Virus record (IMG/VR): IMGVR_UViG_3300030397_000229
Coordinates: 42,972-106,971 of that record
Reading direction: 5' to 3' (one strand)
Source of the DNA: a virus
DNA: 64,000 nucleotides
Below, in pieces: positions 10,674 to 21,840 of the stretch (position 1 is the first letter of the stretch; every line of letters begins with the position of its first letter). The position numbers and the translations under genes were made by a program. The notes under the pieces were generated by a model that ran no database searches, was not told the origin of the DNA, and saw only the letters and a list, made by a program, of their open reading frames with translations.

Positions 10674-13396
10674 TGGCATACGAACAATACTCAGATCAGG
10701 CATACACCGGGGGAGTAGAGTCAGCTAAGAATAGAATATCTAGTAACTCTAACAGTCCCGATGCCGAGACTATTGGGTTCCCCAATACATTTGATCTCTT
10801 TGTTAACAAGGAGAATGCATCCCTAGGTGGGTTTGCAGTAACAGAAGAACATGCTACCGCTGACATAGACGGTAGTGTCCTATTCCTTGACCACAGACCG
10901 GCAGTAGATGTTACTGGTGGAATAGGTCTTATAACGGTTAGTGAAGGCACTATTGACTCAGGCCAGACTGATGTAGGTGCTAAGACAGTCACATTCTCTA
11001 CTCTACCCACAGCAGAGACGTTTACCATCTCATATGATGCAGCTGCTGACAGAGTAGAAGACAGTCATATCAATGCTCTACAGAATGCAGTGATGGCTCT
11101 GCAGTCCACTGTAGGTCTAAAGGCAGCGGTTAGTGAGATAGGTAGTGGTATCAGCACCCTACCCATAGTCACCACTCTAGACCTTGGTAGCCTAGCTGAG
11201 CTACAGGCAGTCCAGGACTTCCTTCCTAACGTTGTATTAGCAAATGCTCTGGCCGAGAACTTTGTCCTGGGTAGTACAGATATAGCTGCACTACCTGGTG
11301 ACGGAGCTAGAATATATATTGGTGCTACTGGCTCTCTCAATAGAGATGATGTATACATTGATGCCAATAGCCTCCACATCGGTGCTAGAGAAGGTGATGG
11401 TACAGAGAACTGCATCATGCACATCGGTCTCCACACAGGAGACAGAGTTCATATCACTGGCTGCACTGACATAGCCTCACAGGTTACCATTGGCTTTGAA
11501 GGTGGTGCTTGTGGTAACTTGCAAGACACTATACCTCAGTCAGATCTGGGTGCATTCTACTCAGGTGCATTCCTGAGGGTGCATGGTGGTGTCTACTTCG
11601 GTGATGGTATCTCAGGTGTGGGTGACATTGTGTTCGTTACCACAACTGGCGAGGAGGTGCAAGTACAAGGTGACTTCCACGCTACCACACTATTGGTTGA
11701 TGCGACATCAACATTCAACGGTGTATCGACATTCAATAAGGATGTCAGGATACTGAGTCCAGGCTTCCTGTTGACCAACCAGGATATCGTTATGAGCGAT
11801 ACTCCAGGTGGTGCCCCAACTACAATAGACAGCCTAGATGCCTCATATGCCAAGGTCAACCTAGAGAACCAGCATGTTATCAGAGGCTCTGTGATAAGCA
11901 GTGTCAGATCGCCGCTAACTACCCCTGAAGCCACGCCATATACTCAAGGCGCCAAGGTACACCCAGTACACGGCTTCAATATGTATCCCATCATAGGTGG
12001 CTGGACTTACACCGGCCTTGTAAACTTTGAGAAGGCTACAGATGGCTCGCAACACCAGAACATTCTTCTCCTGTCTGCGGCTATGGATGCTATCGGTAAT
12101 AACTACCCTAATGGCACGGCTGCACAAAATAGCAATGTGGGTGGTGGGTCGATAAGCTATGGCGACTACGCCACAGGTTTCTTCAACCCAGGTGACACAT
12201 ACATTGAGCTAGACTTAGGCAATGGAGTTGTTAGTAAGGTAAGCTACCCCATATACCACCACACTGAAGAGGGCTTTGATGGTACTACCATGACAGGGCT
12301 TAATGTGTACGTGGCTGCTGATGACAGCTCATTCCAGGACGCTGCTATAGCTGGTAGTGTATACAAGCTCTTTCAGCCTGGTAACGCTCCCACTGACCAC
12401 CTCAACACAGACTTCTCTGATTCCTCTAACCCACTAGCTGTGCTAGGTAACCAGAATAACTCTGATTACCCACAAGAGAATGTATCTCTACTCACAGAGC
12501 GTGGTTTTGATGGTGGCAACAGAGCTCAGTCTAATCACCCAGTACTCAAATCGCTAGGTGCTGGCAGCACTGTAAGTGTGAACATGGCCAATGCTCTAAC
12601 CAAGAGTATTGACAACCCACCGTACTACCCACAGACAGGTATAGCATATATCTATGCCAACACTGACAACAACGCACTGACCAGAGAAGACAACATAGCT
12701 CTTAGAGCTTCACCGTCTCCCTACGGCATAGCAGGTCAGTTTGTGAACCACCTAGGCTATACACTTAGACCTGGTCAGCATTGTCCAGTGGGTGAGGTTG
12801 TAGCTACCACGACAGACGGCAGTGCATGGACATTAGTAGAGTCTGTTGGCTATAGACCTGATGCATTCTATGACTCATGCTGGGTGCCCATGGTTGAATA
12901 TATGTCTGCTCTATCACCAGAGACGACCATACCAAGTAACATAGGTAGATGCCTACCTATATTTGGCACCAACTCTACAGAGTTTGAAGATGACGAATTC
13001 AACTTCTTCGTTGAGCACAACATTGGTCCAGTCAGGTCACTGACTGAGGTCACCAAGCAGGTATTTATAGCTAGCTACAAAGATATGGCATTCACCGGTC
13101 ACCCAGTAGAGGGTGAGCACGCCTCCATCTACAAGCACTCTGCTGCTGGCTCATACAACCTGTGGTCACCATACGCAGAACCATTCAAGGCTGGGCATGA
13201 TTTTGACACGCCTGATGCCGATCTTATCACTACAAAGCAAGGATACCTGAGAGATATATCCAACCTCGTACACTTTAGGATGTTTGACTCTAGGTTCGCC
13301 ATGCTAGGCATAGAAGATTCAGAGGCTACAGTATTCGAGGACAAGGACGGTAGAAGCGCTCAGTATATCAGGGTTGTAATCAAGCGAGCGAGGTAA
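10673..13396 (+). CDS. Tail fibre/appendage-like virion protein
   Basis: 907 aa. 'VEDSHINALQNAVMALQSTVG' is a typical fibre-attachment segment, followed by Gly/Thr-rich beta repeats. Confidence 0.5.
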   Translation: MAYEQYSDQAYTGGVESAKNRISSNSNSPDAETIGFPNTFDLFVNKENASLGGFAVTEEHATADIDGSVLFLDHRPAVDVTGGIGLITVSEGTIDSGQTDVGAKTVTFSTLPTAETFTISYDAAADRVEDSHINALQNAVMALQSTVGLKAAVSEIGSGISTLPIVTTLDLGSLAELQAVQDFLPNVVLANALAENFVLGSTDIAALPGDGARIYIGATGSLNRDDVYIDANSLHIGAREGDGTENCIMHIGLHTGDRVHITGCTDIASQVTIGFEGGACGNLQDTIPQSDLGAFYSGAFLRVHGGVYFGDGISGVGDIVFVTTTGEEVQVQGDFHATTLLVDATSTFNGVSTFNKDVRILSPGFLLTNQDIVMSDTPGGAPTTIDSLDASYAKVNLENQHVIRGSVISSVRSPLTTPEATPYTQGAKVHPVHGFNMYPIIGGWTYTGLVNFEKATDGSQHQNILLLSAAMDAIGNNYPNGTAAQNSNVGGGSISYGDYATGFFNPGDTYIELDLGNGVVSKVSYPIYHHTEEGFDGTTMTGLNVYVAADDSSFQDAAIAGSVYKLFQPGNAPTDHLNTDFSDSSNPLAVLGNQNNSDYPQENVSLLTERGFDGGNRAQSNHPVLKSLGAGSTVSVNMANALTKSIDNPPYYPQTGIAYIYANTDNNALTREDNIALRASPSPYGIAGQFVNHLGYTLRPGQHCPVGEVVATTTDGSAWTLVESVGYRPDAFYDSCWVPMVEYMSALSPETTIPSNIGRCLPIFGTNSTEFEDDEFNFFVEHNIGPVRSLTEVTKQVFIASYKDMAFTGHPVEGEHASIYKHSAAGSYNLWSPYAEPFKAGHDFDTPDADLITTKQGYLRDISNLVHFRMFDSRFAMLGIEDSEATVFEDKDGRSAQYIRVVIKRAR

Positions 13397-13400
13397 GTAA

Positions 13401-15389
13401 ATGGCATCTGGGCAACTCCCCGAATACCTCAGGGACGTATACGGCGATGCTACTATTAGCTTTGTCCCTCCCGTAACCAACTATGTTTACGCGGAGAACA
13501 TACCTGAACGTGGGATAAACGACAGAGACTTCCACTGGGAGGAAGTAGCTATAGAGCTGGACAACGTTATGTCCGGTGCTCTTATAGACTTTGTCATGCC
13601 AGACATGTACACTGTGCAGATCACACCAGATCTGGGGTGGCATGATAGTCTATCCATGTTCGGTGAGACAGATGACCTAGACTTTAACAACCCTCACCTC
13701 TCTACGCTGGGCCCATTCTCTATAGAGGGAGGCACACTAGCAGATCTGTCTGATAATTCTGTCTCTGTCACCCTGAGTGAGGGTGATATGGATAGCTCTG
13801 TCATAGATGGCTATGCTAGATATCTCTGGAGAGCTGTGCCATGGGCTAATGGGAATCCAGGACTTGGTGGTCTCCCTGTTGCCTTTACCTATATCTCTAC
13901 CGAGGATCAGCTCAACTTCACTGTTGACGCTGTAGTCAAAGAGACCAGAAGAGCCCTACAGCAGATCTCTGGTACTAAGAATCCACGTGTCACCATCAGC
14001 ATCACGAATGACAACAATCCAGATGTCTTCGTAGATCAGACCCCTACTACATGGACAGTCTCGTTCTCCATTGACAGGCCTAGGGTCAAGTTCAGGATCA
14101 ACGCAACTGATTCTGGGGGAACAGCAGTAGGCTTCCATGATGTAGATATAGAGTATGAGTCTTTCGGGCAGTACGACAGACACGTATGGAATACCTTTGA
14201 TAGCTTTGCTCTGTTCGCCAGCGTAGATAGACTGCCAGGAGAGAGCAACGCTGAGCTTAAAGATAGATCTATTGATGCTCTACAGAACAAGGGAGCCACG
14301 CATTATTCTGCCCTTATCAAGTCTATCAACAGAGAACTAGGTCTAAGACGATATGATAATGCGATCACACTGACTAGGTTCAAAGAGGACATGACCTCTC
14401 CTAGTGAGGGGACACTGCAGGTCTTCAGTAACCACAGCAGGCTGTCTATACAAGCCCCCAGCTTCATTGTGCATGATGAGGTCAAGAGGATAGACAAATA
14501 CCACAAGACTGTCACAACTGATCACAGAGTTAGTGAGATAGTTTGTGTTAAGAATCTACGAGATGTGGAGTTCAGGTCAGACCAGTATACTCTCACAGAT
14601 CACGTAGATGGCAATGAGATAGAGTTCGTAGAGGGTGTGACTGGTCCCATTAAGATCAGCTACAGGTATTGGCAGGATGTGGATTACGATGTAAATACAA
14701 CTATCGGTAGTGTAGTTGATGCCCTGAATGCCCTCAAGAGCCCAGCAAATGTAAGAGTGGTCACTGCCTCTTTACACGACAGGATGTCAGGTGAAGAGCT
14801 ATCGACATACCTCTATAAGACGGGCGTGACTATATCTCCCTCCAACCAGTCTATTGATATAGGCTGGTCTAAGGTAGGTCTGTTTGCTATCAATGACGAA
14901 GAGTATAAGCAGTCCTTCGCTGATGAAGGCAATATGTTCTTCGACAGTGAGTTCTATAAGTTTGTGTTGGAACTAAAGAGTAAGACCAATATAGAGTGGG
15001 GCTTTGTGGTAGCTGACCAAGACTTCTGGGATGCTGTGGATGCAGACAACTATGGTAGAGATAGTTTGCCCACAGTATTTGACCCAGGTATATCACACTA
15101 TGTTACTGTCGTACCACTTAGGGCTGACCAGATATCTGTGGACTTTGATCCATGGGAAGCCTTTAGAATGGGATACTATTACGAGAAGCATAACATCAGA
15201 AACTTTGGGTATCCCAGAGAGGCCTTTAGGTCTGGAGTAGGATACAAGAAGGACTGCAGGGTGGGCGTTGATATAATAAACATCAGCTCCAAGGATAGCA
15301 GAGTCAATCAGAATCCAGTAGTATATCTGCCTGACAACCTGCTGCAAATAGACCCAGCAGACCTAGATGACTTTATTGTAAACATCTAA
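13401..15389 (+). CDS. Baseplate wedge protein (gpI/gp7-like segment)
   Basis: 662 aa with 'FDSFALFASVDRLPGESNAELKDRS...ALIKSINRELGL', the 'R..GE.D...R.R' motif of wedge proteins. Confidence 0.5.
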   Translation: MASGQLPEYLRDVYGDATISFVPPVTNYVYAENIPERGINDRDFHWEEVAIELDNVMSGALIDFVMPDMYTVQITPDLGWHDSLSMFGETDDLDFNNPHLSTLGPFSIEGGTLADLSDNSVSVTLSEGDMDSSVIDGYARYLWRAVPWANGNPGLGGLPVAFTYISTEDQLNFTVDAVVKETRRALQQISGTKNPRVTISITNDNNPDVFVDQTPTTWTVSFSIDRPRVKFRINATDSGGTAVGFHDVDIEYESFGQYDRHVWNTFDSFALFASVDRLPGESNAELKDRSIDALQNKGATHYSALIKSINRELGLRRYDNAITLTRFKEDMTSPSEGTLQVFSNHSRLSIQAPSFIVHDEVKRIDKYHKTVTTDHRVSEIVCVKNLRDVEFRSDQYTLTDHVDGNEIEFVEGVTGPIKISYRYWQDVDYDVNTTIGSVVDALNALKSPANVRVVTASLHDRMSGEELSTYLYKTGVTISPSNQSIDIGWSKVGLFAINDEEYKQSFADEGNMFFDSEFYKFVLELKSKTNIEWGFVVADQDFWDAVDADNYGRDSLPTVFDPGISHYVTVVPLRADQISVDFDPWEAFRMGYYYEKHNIRNFGYPREAFRSGVGYKKDCRVGVDIINISSKDSRVNQNPVVYLPDNLLQIDPADLDDFIVNI

Positions 15390-18300
15390 TGGCTCAGATA
15401 TTCAACAAGTACTATGTAGGTGAGGGCCAGCCCTATGGCTCCGTTACTCAGGCGCTAAATACCATAGCGGATATCCTGGGCAGTGGAGACTTCACGCTCC
15501 CGTCATCTACTCTACCTGATGGTGGCAATGTCAATATTGTCATCCGCGGTGGAGGTCTGCATAGGCCATTTAGAATAGCAGACAACACTACAGGTCCTCT
15601 AGCTGCCAACGGCAGATATCTGGTCATTACCAGAGAGGAGTTCACTGAGTCTGGTGTGCTAGTGTCTGACTCTCTGCCTGTAATCAGCTCCGCTGCTCCC
15701 ATGGCAGCTGACCTAGAGGTGCAGGATAGAGTCATAGCATGCAACATAGGCGACAACAATCCCAATGTTAAGCTTATAGGTATTAGGGTGCAGGACTCCG
15801 TGATTGGAGTCAACGCAGGGTTTAACTGCCATGATCTAGAGATCAATAGATGCTTTATAACCAACTGCTCTAACGCACAGATATATGTACACGACTCACA
15901 TCAGGTAGCATTTGTAAACAACATATTGGTTGGTGGTGAGTTTGGGCTAGTCGCTAAGTTCTGCCGTGGTATCAAGGCCATACACAATACCATCTTCTTA
16001 GACGGTCTGACAGCCCTGAACGGAGAAGCTAAGGCTGGCATGGTTCTCCAAGGTGATAGGCTGTTCGGTGCTGGCGTTAATAACTTCGTCACCTGTCTTG
16101 GTAACCTGATATATACCATTGGTGGAGTGGGCGCTATATTCTACAAGGAGGATCTTGACCTCCTACGAATCAATAGTGACTACAATGACTTCTTCAATGT
16201 CGGTGGGACCCTAGTAGAGCTGAGACAGGACAATGCTCAGCTTGCAGGTGAAGACGAGATCATTGATAGAAAGTTCTTCACCCTCGCTGATTGGCAGGGT
16301 GTGGGTACTCTCCCACTGGCACCTGGCAGTATAGACAACCACTCTATCTCTGTCCACCCAGTATTCATTCAGAATATATCTATAGCAGGCTCTACACCCA
16401 CTTCGGTTATAGACCTGACTCAGATTGGTAACAGTCCCATACTAGGCAGAGTCCCATCTTGGTTCTTTGTCAATGACCCCAACTACATACCATCTGACTT
16501 TGACACAGACCTGATCTCAAAGGACTCTCTGCTGAACGCAAGAGAGAAGCCCTTCACTGCCATAGGCGCCAATGATGGCCCCTCAGTTAATGGGTTCTTT
16601 GGTCAGGATATATTCACCAGTCCTCTGCTCACTGACCCAGAGAGATCATGTGACTTAGATCCGCTAGCGGTCATATCAGCACAGAACTTGGACATGGTAT
16701 ATCCGGCTATCATGGCTGGATACTTCTGGTCTCATGAGAGACCATATTATCTCTACGGAAAGAAGGGGGCATCACAGTTAGGATTCCTGGCTAGAACCAC
16801 TTTTGATCTCCCGGCACATGTCGATGTAAGATCCAACGTCGTCATAAAGTTCAGGGATAGGGAACTGCCGGAGGATTCATGGGACCTTGTAGGTAAGCAA
16901 CTAAAGGTCTGGCATAAGGACGTAGGTATAGTCTCCTACGAGGACGAGATCCAGGTAGAGTGTGAGATCACTTCCTGGAATGAAAACGGCTTCTCATCTC
17001 GTCCTGCATACTATATCTTCAGAATTAAGGACGGGAAGACCGACTTTGTGCTGCCCCCAACTTATCAACCAGGTGCTCCTGTTGTCGTGACAGATGACAG
17101 AGTCAACCTGCTTGACCCAATAGATGTCACACGTAGAGAGTTTAAGGTTGAGTTCGATGAGGACAGACAGGAGACTACGCTTAACTTCCTGCCTAGTGAG
17201 AACCTAGTATCAAACGCAGCCTTTAATATCACCAGTACCTACAAGACACCGTCATACTGGAATACAGATCCAGTGGGTGATGACAAGAAGGTGTTCTTGG
17301 TGGGTGCCAACTACTCATACATGGGTGACTTAGCAGTGGGTATTAAGGTGAATGAGGATCCAGGATGGATAGCCTCTAACCGTATACCTATAGAGAGAGA
17401 CACTCATACTACTCTGTCTTGGCACTCTCGTATACCAGTAGATATGTCTGGGTTTACTGGTGGCAATCCTGTGACTACAGGGGATCCAATAGAGTTTATC
17501 ACTGGTCACTACTACGTGCATTTCTATGACCAGTTCAATCAGCTCATAGAGGACAGCCCTGAAGGGGATTTCTTTGCCACTAGAACTGGATTCTATAGAC
17601 ACTATCTAACAGTTGGATCCAGTGACATAGATATCAATGAGGACATACAGGGTGTAGACAGTGCGCCACTAGACCAGGTGTCTAACTTAATATCCTTCCC
17701 AGACACAGCTACCCACCTAGAGCTAGTGTTATCTGGTACAGCTAATGCAGATATCAACCCAGATGCCTTTATGGTGGTTGATGCTGTGCAAATAGAAAAC
17801 ACCTCAGAGCCTACATACTTCCATCCAGAGCTTAGCTTTGATGCTATGACTGTAGAGTATGAGACTGACCCATCTGGTATCTTCGTTGATAAGAGAATGA
17901 ACATCACACCATTCTTCAACGAGAACCCTAACGGCTTCTTGTATATCACAGACATGCCTGCTGATCTATGGGGAGGTCCTTCTGATGTAGAGGTCACCAC
18001 GCTCAACGAATATAGATGGCCTGTTGGTAGAATATCTGTCTTGCCTTGGTCTAGACTGCATGGTAAAGACAAGCTCAAGCAAGTAACGTTTGAATCAGAG
18101 GCTGTTACTCCACCCACTGATATCATAGCTCCATACGTGCTACCTAAGAAAGCATCTGAAGCTGCTATGACTCCTGCTGTGTTGACTACAGTACAGGGTC
18201 AGCGGGAGGCAGAGGGCCTGAATATCAGAGTAATAGACAATGCCAGAAACTCATACGGCCTGCGCAGGTATACTCTTCAGGTGTATGACCCCAATGACAA

Positions 18301-19051
18301 CTTCCCAGGCTGGCTAGCCAAGCGCAAGTTTGGTGCTAAGGAGCAGCTAGGCAATAGTATATTTGGGCAGCTCAATAGCAATGGCTCTGTCAGTGCACAC
18401 TTTGTACCACCTGACTCAGACCTGATCAGGGTAGTAGACGTGGTACCTACTCCTATCAACCACCCCGAAGCTCTATCTGGTACCACAGACAGGATATCTA
18501 TAGTGGAGACGCCGTACAATGTCAACCTAGACAACAACGGCAATATAACCATTATAGGTGAGGGTGGTAAGTTCCACAGCACTCAAGATGTTTCGTTCAC
18601 CACAGGTATGTATCATGCAGAAGTGGATACGGACTCAGTCAAGATCAACCTAGAGCACCCACCTGTCTTCGGTAGCCTTAGTATATCGCAAGACGAAACA
18701 ACGTTCGCAGAGACGCAGGGCAATCCTCAACAGGACGAATTCTTTGTGAACTACCCATTTGCCCAAGTGGTATTCCCTGCTGGTACACCCGCAACCGAAC
18801 CTTTTAACGTCTCTTTCCAGCCCAAGTACGCCTACCCTGATCCCAATGACCAGAGGAGCATTATAATACACCACGACCAGGTATTCTCTGAATACGATGG
18901 CCCCATACAAGTAGACTACGATGCGGAAATCTTTGTAGAGATCCGCGTACAGCAGACCGTTGCTGGAGAGTTTGTAGGTACATTCCCTATAGTCCTGCAG
19001 AATCCAAAGCTATCCGTCCTATCAGATGACCCAGCTAGCCTAGAATTCTAA
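15389..19051 (+). CDS. Large virion protein with N-terminal right-handed beta-helix (pectin-lyase-like) and CBM-like domain
   Basis: 1220 aa. 'YYVGEGQPYGSVTQAL' start motif, parallel beta-helix repeats ('INRCFITNCSNAQIYVHDSHQVAFVNNILVGG...IHNTIF') and 'ENLVSNAAF...SYW'. Confidence 0.6.
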   Translation: MAQIFNKYYVGEGQPYGSVTQALNTIADILGSGDFTLPSSTLPDGGNVNIVIRGGGLHRPFRIADNTTGPLAANGRYLVITREEFTESGVLVSDSLPVISSAAPMAADLEVQDRVIACNIGDNNPNVKLIGIRVQDSVIGVNAGFNCHDLEINRCFITNCSNAQIYVHDSHQVAFVNNILVGGEFGLVAKFCRGIKAIHNTIFLDGLTALNGEAKAGMVLQGDRLFGAGVNNFVTCLGNLIYTIGGVGAIFYKEDLDLLRINSDYNDFFNVGGTLVELRQDNAQLAGEDEIIDRKFFTLADWQGVGTLPLAPGSIDNHSISVHPVFIQNISIAGSTPTSVIDLTQIGNSPILGRVPSWFFVNDPNYIPSDFDTDLISKDSLLNAREKPFTAIGANDGPSVNGFFGQDIFTSPLLTDPERSCDLDPLAVISAQNLDMVYPAIMAGYFWSHERPYYLYGKKGASQLGFLARTTFDLPAHVDVRSNVVIKFRDRELPEDSWDLVGKQLKVWHKDVGIVSYEDEIQVECEITSWNENGFSSRPAYYIFRIKDGKTDFVLPPTYQPGAPVVVTDDRVNLLDPIDVTRREFKVEFDEDRQETTLNFLPSENLVSNAAFNITSTYKTPSYWNTDPVGDDKKVFLVGANYSYMGDLAVGIKVNEDPGWIASNRIPIERDTHTTLSWHSRIPVDMSGFTGGNPVTTGDPIEFITGHYYVHFYDQFNQLIEDSPEGDFFATRTGFYRHYLTVGSSDIDINEDIQGVDSAPLDQVSNLISFPDTATHLELVLSGTANADINPDAFMVVDAVQIENTSEPTYFHPELSFDAMTVEYETDPSGIFVDKRMNITPFFNENPNGFLYITDMPADLWGGPSDVEVTTLNEYRWPVGRISVLPWSRLHGKDKLKQVTFESEAVTPPTDIIAPYVLPKKASEAAMTPAVLTTVQGQREAEGLNIRVIDNARNSYGLRRYTLQVYDPNDNFPGWLAKRKFGAKEQLGNSIFGQLNSNGSVSAHFVPPDSDLIRVVDVVPTPINHPEALSGTTDRISIVETPYNVNLDNNGNITIIGEGGKFHSTQDVSFTTGMYHAEVDTDSVKINLEHPPVFGSLSISQDETTFAETQGNPQQDEFFVNYPFAQVVFPAGTPATEPFNVSFQPKYAYPDPNDQRSIIIHHDQVFSEYDGPIQVDYDAEIFVEIRVQQTVAGEFVGTFPIVLQNPKLSVLSDDPASLEF

Positions 19052-21840
19052 TGAAGGTAACTATCCAGAATATAGAGCACCAGGCTTTCGCAGAGAGGCT
19101 GATAATAACCTATCACCTCGCTGTGCACGCATCTGATCCAGCTATAGGTGGTTGGATATATAAGCTAGACTCATGTGGGTATAGAGCTGTGTGTGACACA
19201 GAGTGGATACTCATGGAACCTAACACCCAGCACCCACAGCACAGTGACACTATCACCACTCCAGGTGTCTATACCTTTATATGGGATTATGGTGGCGTAC
19301 AAGGGCTCAACCCCCAAGCATTCGACTCAGAGCATAGCTATATAGTGCAGCTAGCCCTTATAGATGGCTCATGCCTCTCTGAGGATATATGTGACATATC
19401 TCCTCACCTCACACCACCAGGTTCACCAGAGCCAGGAGTGCCAGTATCAGGAGAGTTTGGCACAACAGGCAACTGCGGTGATGGCTATGAGATAGCCTTT
19501 GATATCTTTGGGTGCCCCTTCTGTGAGCCAGTGCCTGGCCCAGGCCCAGGTGGTCCTGACTTTGAGATAGATGACTCTGGTGTTGCGACCGTACCCATTC
19601 CCTCTCCTCCTCCTACTCCTCCAGGCCCTACTGGCCCCTCTCCAGCAGGCCCAGCCAATCCTCTGCCAGCAGGTGGTGGCGGACCAGGCCCCATTCCAGG
19701 ACCTCCTCCCCTAGCGGGCCCAGTTTCCCCAGGACCAGTTGGCCCAGGTGGCCCTGGAGGTCCGGGTGGTCCAGGCAGTCCTGGTGGTCCCGGCGGTCCT
19801 ATATCTCCAGGCCCAGCAGGAGGTCCTAGTTCCCCAGGTCCAGCAGGACCACAATCTCCAACTCCCGTAGGCCCTGGCACTGGTCCAGGTCCAACCAGTC
19901 CCCCTCCAGCAGGTCCAGTATCTCCAGGTGGAGTCACAGGTCCTGTAGGCCCAGGCCCCGCAGGTCCTCAGTCACCTGGTGGTGTGGGTCCTGGTAGTCC
20001 AGGCGGTCCAGGAGGCTCACTAGGTGGTCCTAGCTCAGTAGACACCTTTGGTACTCCCGGAGGTCCAGGTGGTCCCGGAGGTGATGGTGGTGGAGTAACT
20101 GGCTACGTCGGCAACCCAAGCCTAGAGTTCGGCGTAGGTTCAACTACTCCTGACGATGAACTACCTATACCTGACACACCAGACCTAGTCATAGGCAGTG
20201 TGTTCGGAGGTGTAGGCCCATCTATTATACATCAAGAGGCAGAGGACCTGAATGTGCTCTACTCTCAGGAGATAACAGAGGTAACTCAGAACTCACAGAC
20301 ACACTCTACCAACCCTGTGATGGACATAGGTCCCAGAGATGTGCCTGTTGATGGACTAGACCTTACTCTTAATGAGATACCCAACCCACAAGAGCAGAAG
20401 TCTGACACGAAGATCAAAGATGCTATAGTTACTGACTCTGATGGTCAGATTCATGTGCAGGGTAGTCAGAAGTTTAGAACAGCTGCGGCATCTCTGATAT
20501 CAAGGTCAGAAGCCAATGCTGGTATAAGATCTAAGCAGAGAATAAAAGAGGACTTCCTGAACAACAAGACCCAGCGTGATGCTGGCGTGGTAGGCAAGGC
20601 CTCAGTTAAAGGAACTGCCCTGAATATAGCTGGTGACGATAGGTTTGTCGCTGACCAGGGTGGTGCTGTAGGTAGAAGAAGAACAGCAGGAGACATTAAG
20701 ATTCAGCCATCCACCAGAGGTGCTGGTCATCTCCTGGCATACAAGGATAGCCCTGAGTTCAAATCTAACTTTGACTTGAGGCTTATAGCGAGTGATACAG
20801 CCAAAGATAGAATTATATTTGAGGCAAGACTAGAACCGACTCCCCGCAGGGTAGTCAAAACCAGGCTTTCGGTTTATGCAGCTCAGGATGACAAAACATT
20901 CCTGGCAGGCCAGACTCAGCTACGCAATACTATTCACCCACGGAGTATAGCCAAGGGTATCCCAGCAGGTCAGTTTAGATCTGGCAGGACTGTCAATATA
21001 ATAGCTGTGGTTGATGATGGTGTGAACATCATAGGACGTCGTGCAGTAGAAGTAACTTTATTGGATCCTGGGACAGTCAAAGTAGCTGGCGGAGCTCTTC
21101 CTGCCACCTTCCTTGGGAGGGGAGGTCATAAGGAAGCCGTAGAAACGCTTGTAAGCCCCTCTGCGGAGATTTCTCGTCCAGTAGGTAGTCCAAGGCATTA
21201 TCTCCCAACTCTCCTCCAGAGGCGGGACACGACGAATACGAGCCCAGAGCTAGCAGCCTTCGCTAGGTCAACCAGACCAGAGCAAGACTATGCTATCTCT
21301 GTGTATGACAATGACAACGTAACCTGGAATGCAGAGGGCACCAATCTATTTACTGGCCCTGTGTTAGTTCAGAACGTAGGCAAGATTAATATACCTGGGC
21401 TCAAGGTACCAGGTACTAAGTACGCTGGCGGTGTCTTTGGGACTGATTCCAGTACTAGCGTAACTACATACCTAATGATCGCAAGCTCAGTAGGTGGTAC
21501 GATGCCCAATAAAATGAGGCTGAGCATCGGTAAGGACCTTAAATTTGTAAAACCAGCTGTGACCTCTACAGGAGACAGTGGCACAGAGAATGAATATAAT
21601 GTGACCCTCCAGAGCATGCACCCTAGGACGGAGCATGTAGCCTACATTGCTGGCGGAAATAGAATAGTACCCTCTAGTGTGAGTACGTATGCGTTCACTA
21701 CAGGGGCTGATGGTACTGGGACTGTGACTATACCTAGTCTCGTGTTCCCAAATTGGATTGGTATTGCTTTAGTGAATCCTTCTACGTTCTCTCTATATGA
21801 GAGGACTATAGCGTGGGTGTCTATTAATGGTACAGAGTAG
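19051..21840 (+). CDS. Virion protein with Cys-containing N-domain and long Pro/Gly-rich linker
   Basis: 929 aa containing about 190 residues of GPGGPG/SPGP repeats. TAATG-coupled in the structural cluster. Confidence 0.6.
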   Translation: MKVTIQNIEHQAFAERLIITYHLAVHASDPAIGGWIYKLDSCGYRAVCDTEWILMEPNTQHPQHSDTITTPGVYTFIWDYGGVQGLNPQAFDSEHSYIVQLALIDGSCLSEDICDISPHLTPPGSPEPGVPVSGEFGTTGNCGDGYEIAFDIFGCPFCEPVPGPGPGGPDFEIDDSGVATVPIPSPPPTPPGPTGPSPAGPANPLPAGGGGPGPIPGPPPLAGPVSPGPVGPGGPGGPGGPGSPGGPGGPISPGPAGGPSSPGPAGPQSPTPVGPGTGPGPTSPPPAGPVSPGGVTGPVGPGPAGPQSPGGVGPGSPGGPGGSLGGPSSVDTFGTPGGPGGPGGDGGGVTGYVGNPSLEFGVGSTTPDDELPIPDTPDLVIGSVFGGVGPSIIHQEAEDLNVLYSQEITEVTQNSQTHSTNPVMDIGPRDVPVDGLDLTLNEIPNPQEQKSDTKIKDAIVTDSDGQIHVQGSQKFRTAAASLISRSEANAGIRSKQRIKEDFLNNKTQRDAGVVGKASVKGTALNIAGDDRFVADQGGAVGRRRTAGDIKIQPSTRGAGHLLAYKDSPEFKSNFDLRLIASDTAKDRIIFEARLEPTPRRVVKTRLSVYAAQDDKTFLAGQTQLRNTIHPRSIAKGIPAGQFRSGRTVNIIAVVDDGVNIIGRRAVEVTLLDPGTVKVAGGALPATFLGRGGHKEAVETLVSPSAEISRPVGSPRHYLPTLLQRRDTTNTSPELAAFARSTRPEQDYAISVYDNDNVTWNAEGTNLFTGPVLVQNVGKINIPGLKVPGTKYAGGVFGTDSSTSVTTYLMIASSVGGTMPNKMRLSIGKDLKFVKPAVTSTGDSGTENEYNVTLQSMHPRTEHVAYIAGGNRIVPSSVSTYAFTTGADGTGTVTIPSLVFPNWIGIALVNPSTFSLYERTIAWVSINGTE
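19528..20103 (+). repeat. Pro/Gly low-complexity coding repeat (GPGGPG, SPGP, AGP)
   Basis: Translation reads e.g. 'GPVGPGGPGGPGGPGSPGGPGGPISPGPAGGPSSPGPAGP'. Confidence 0.9.
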
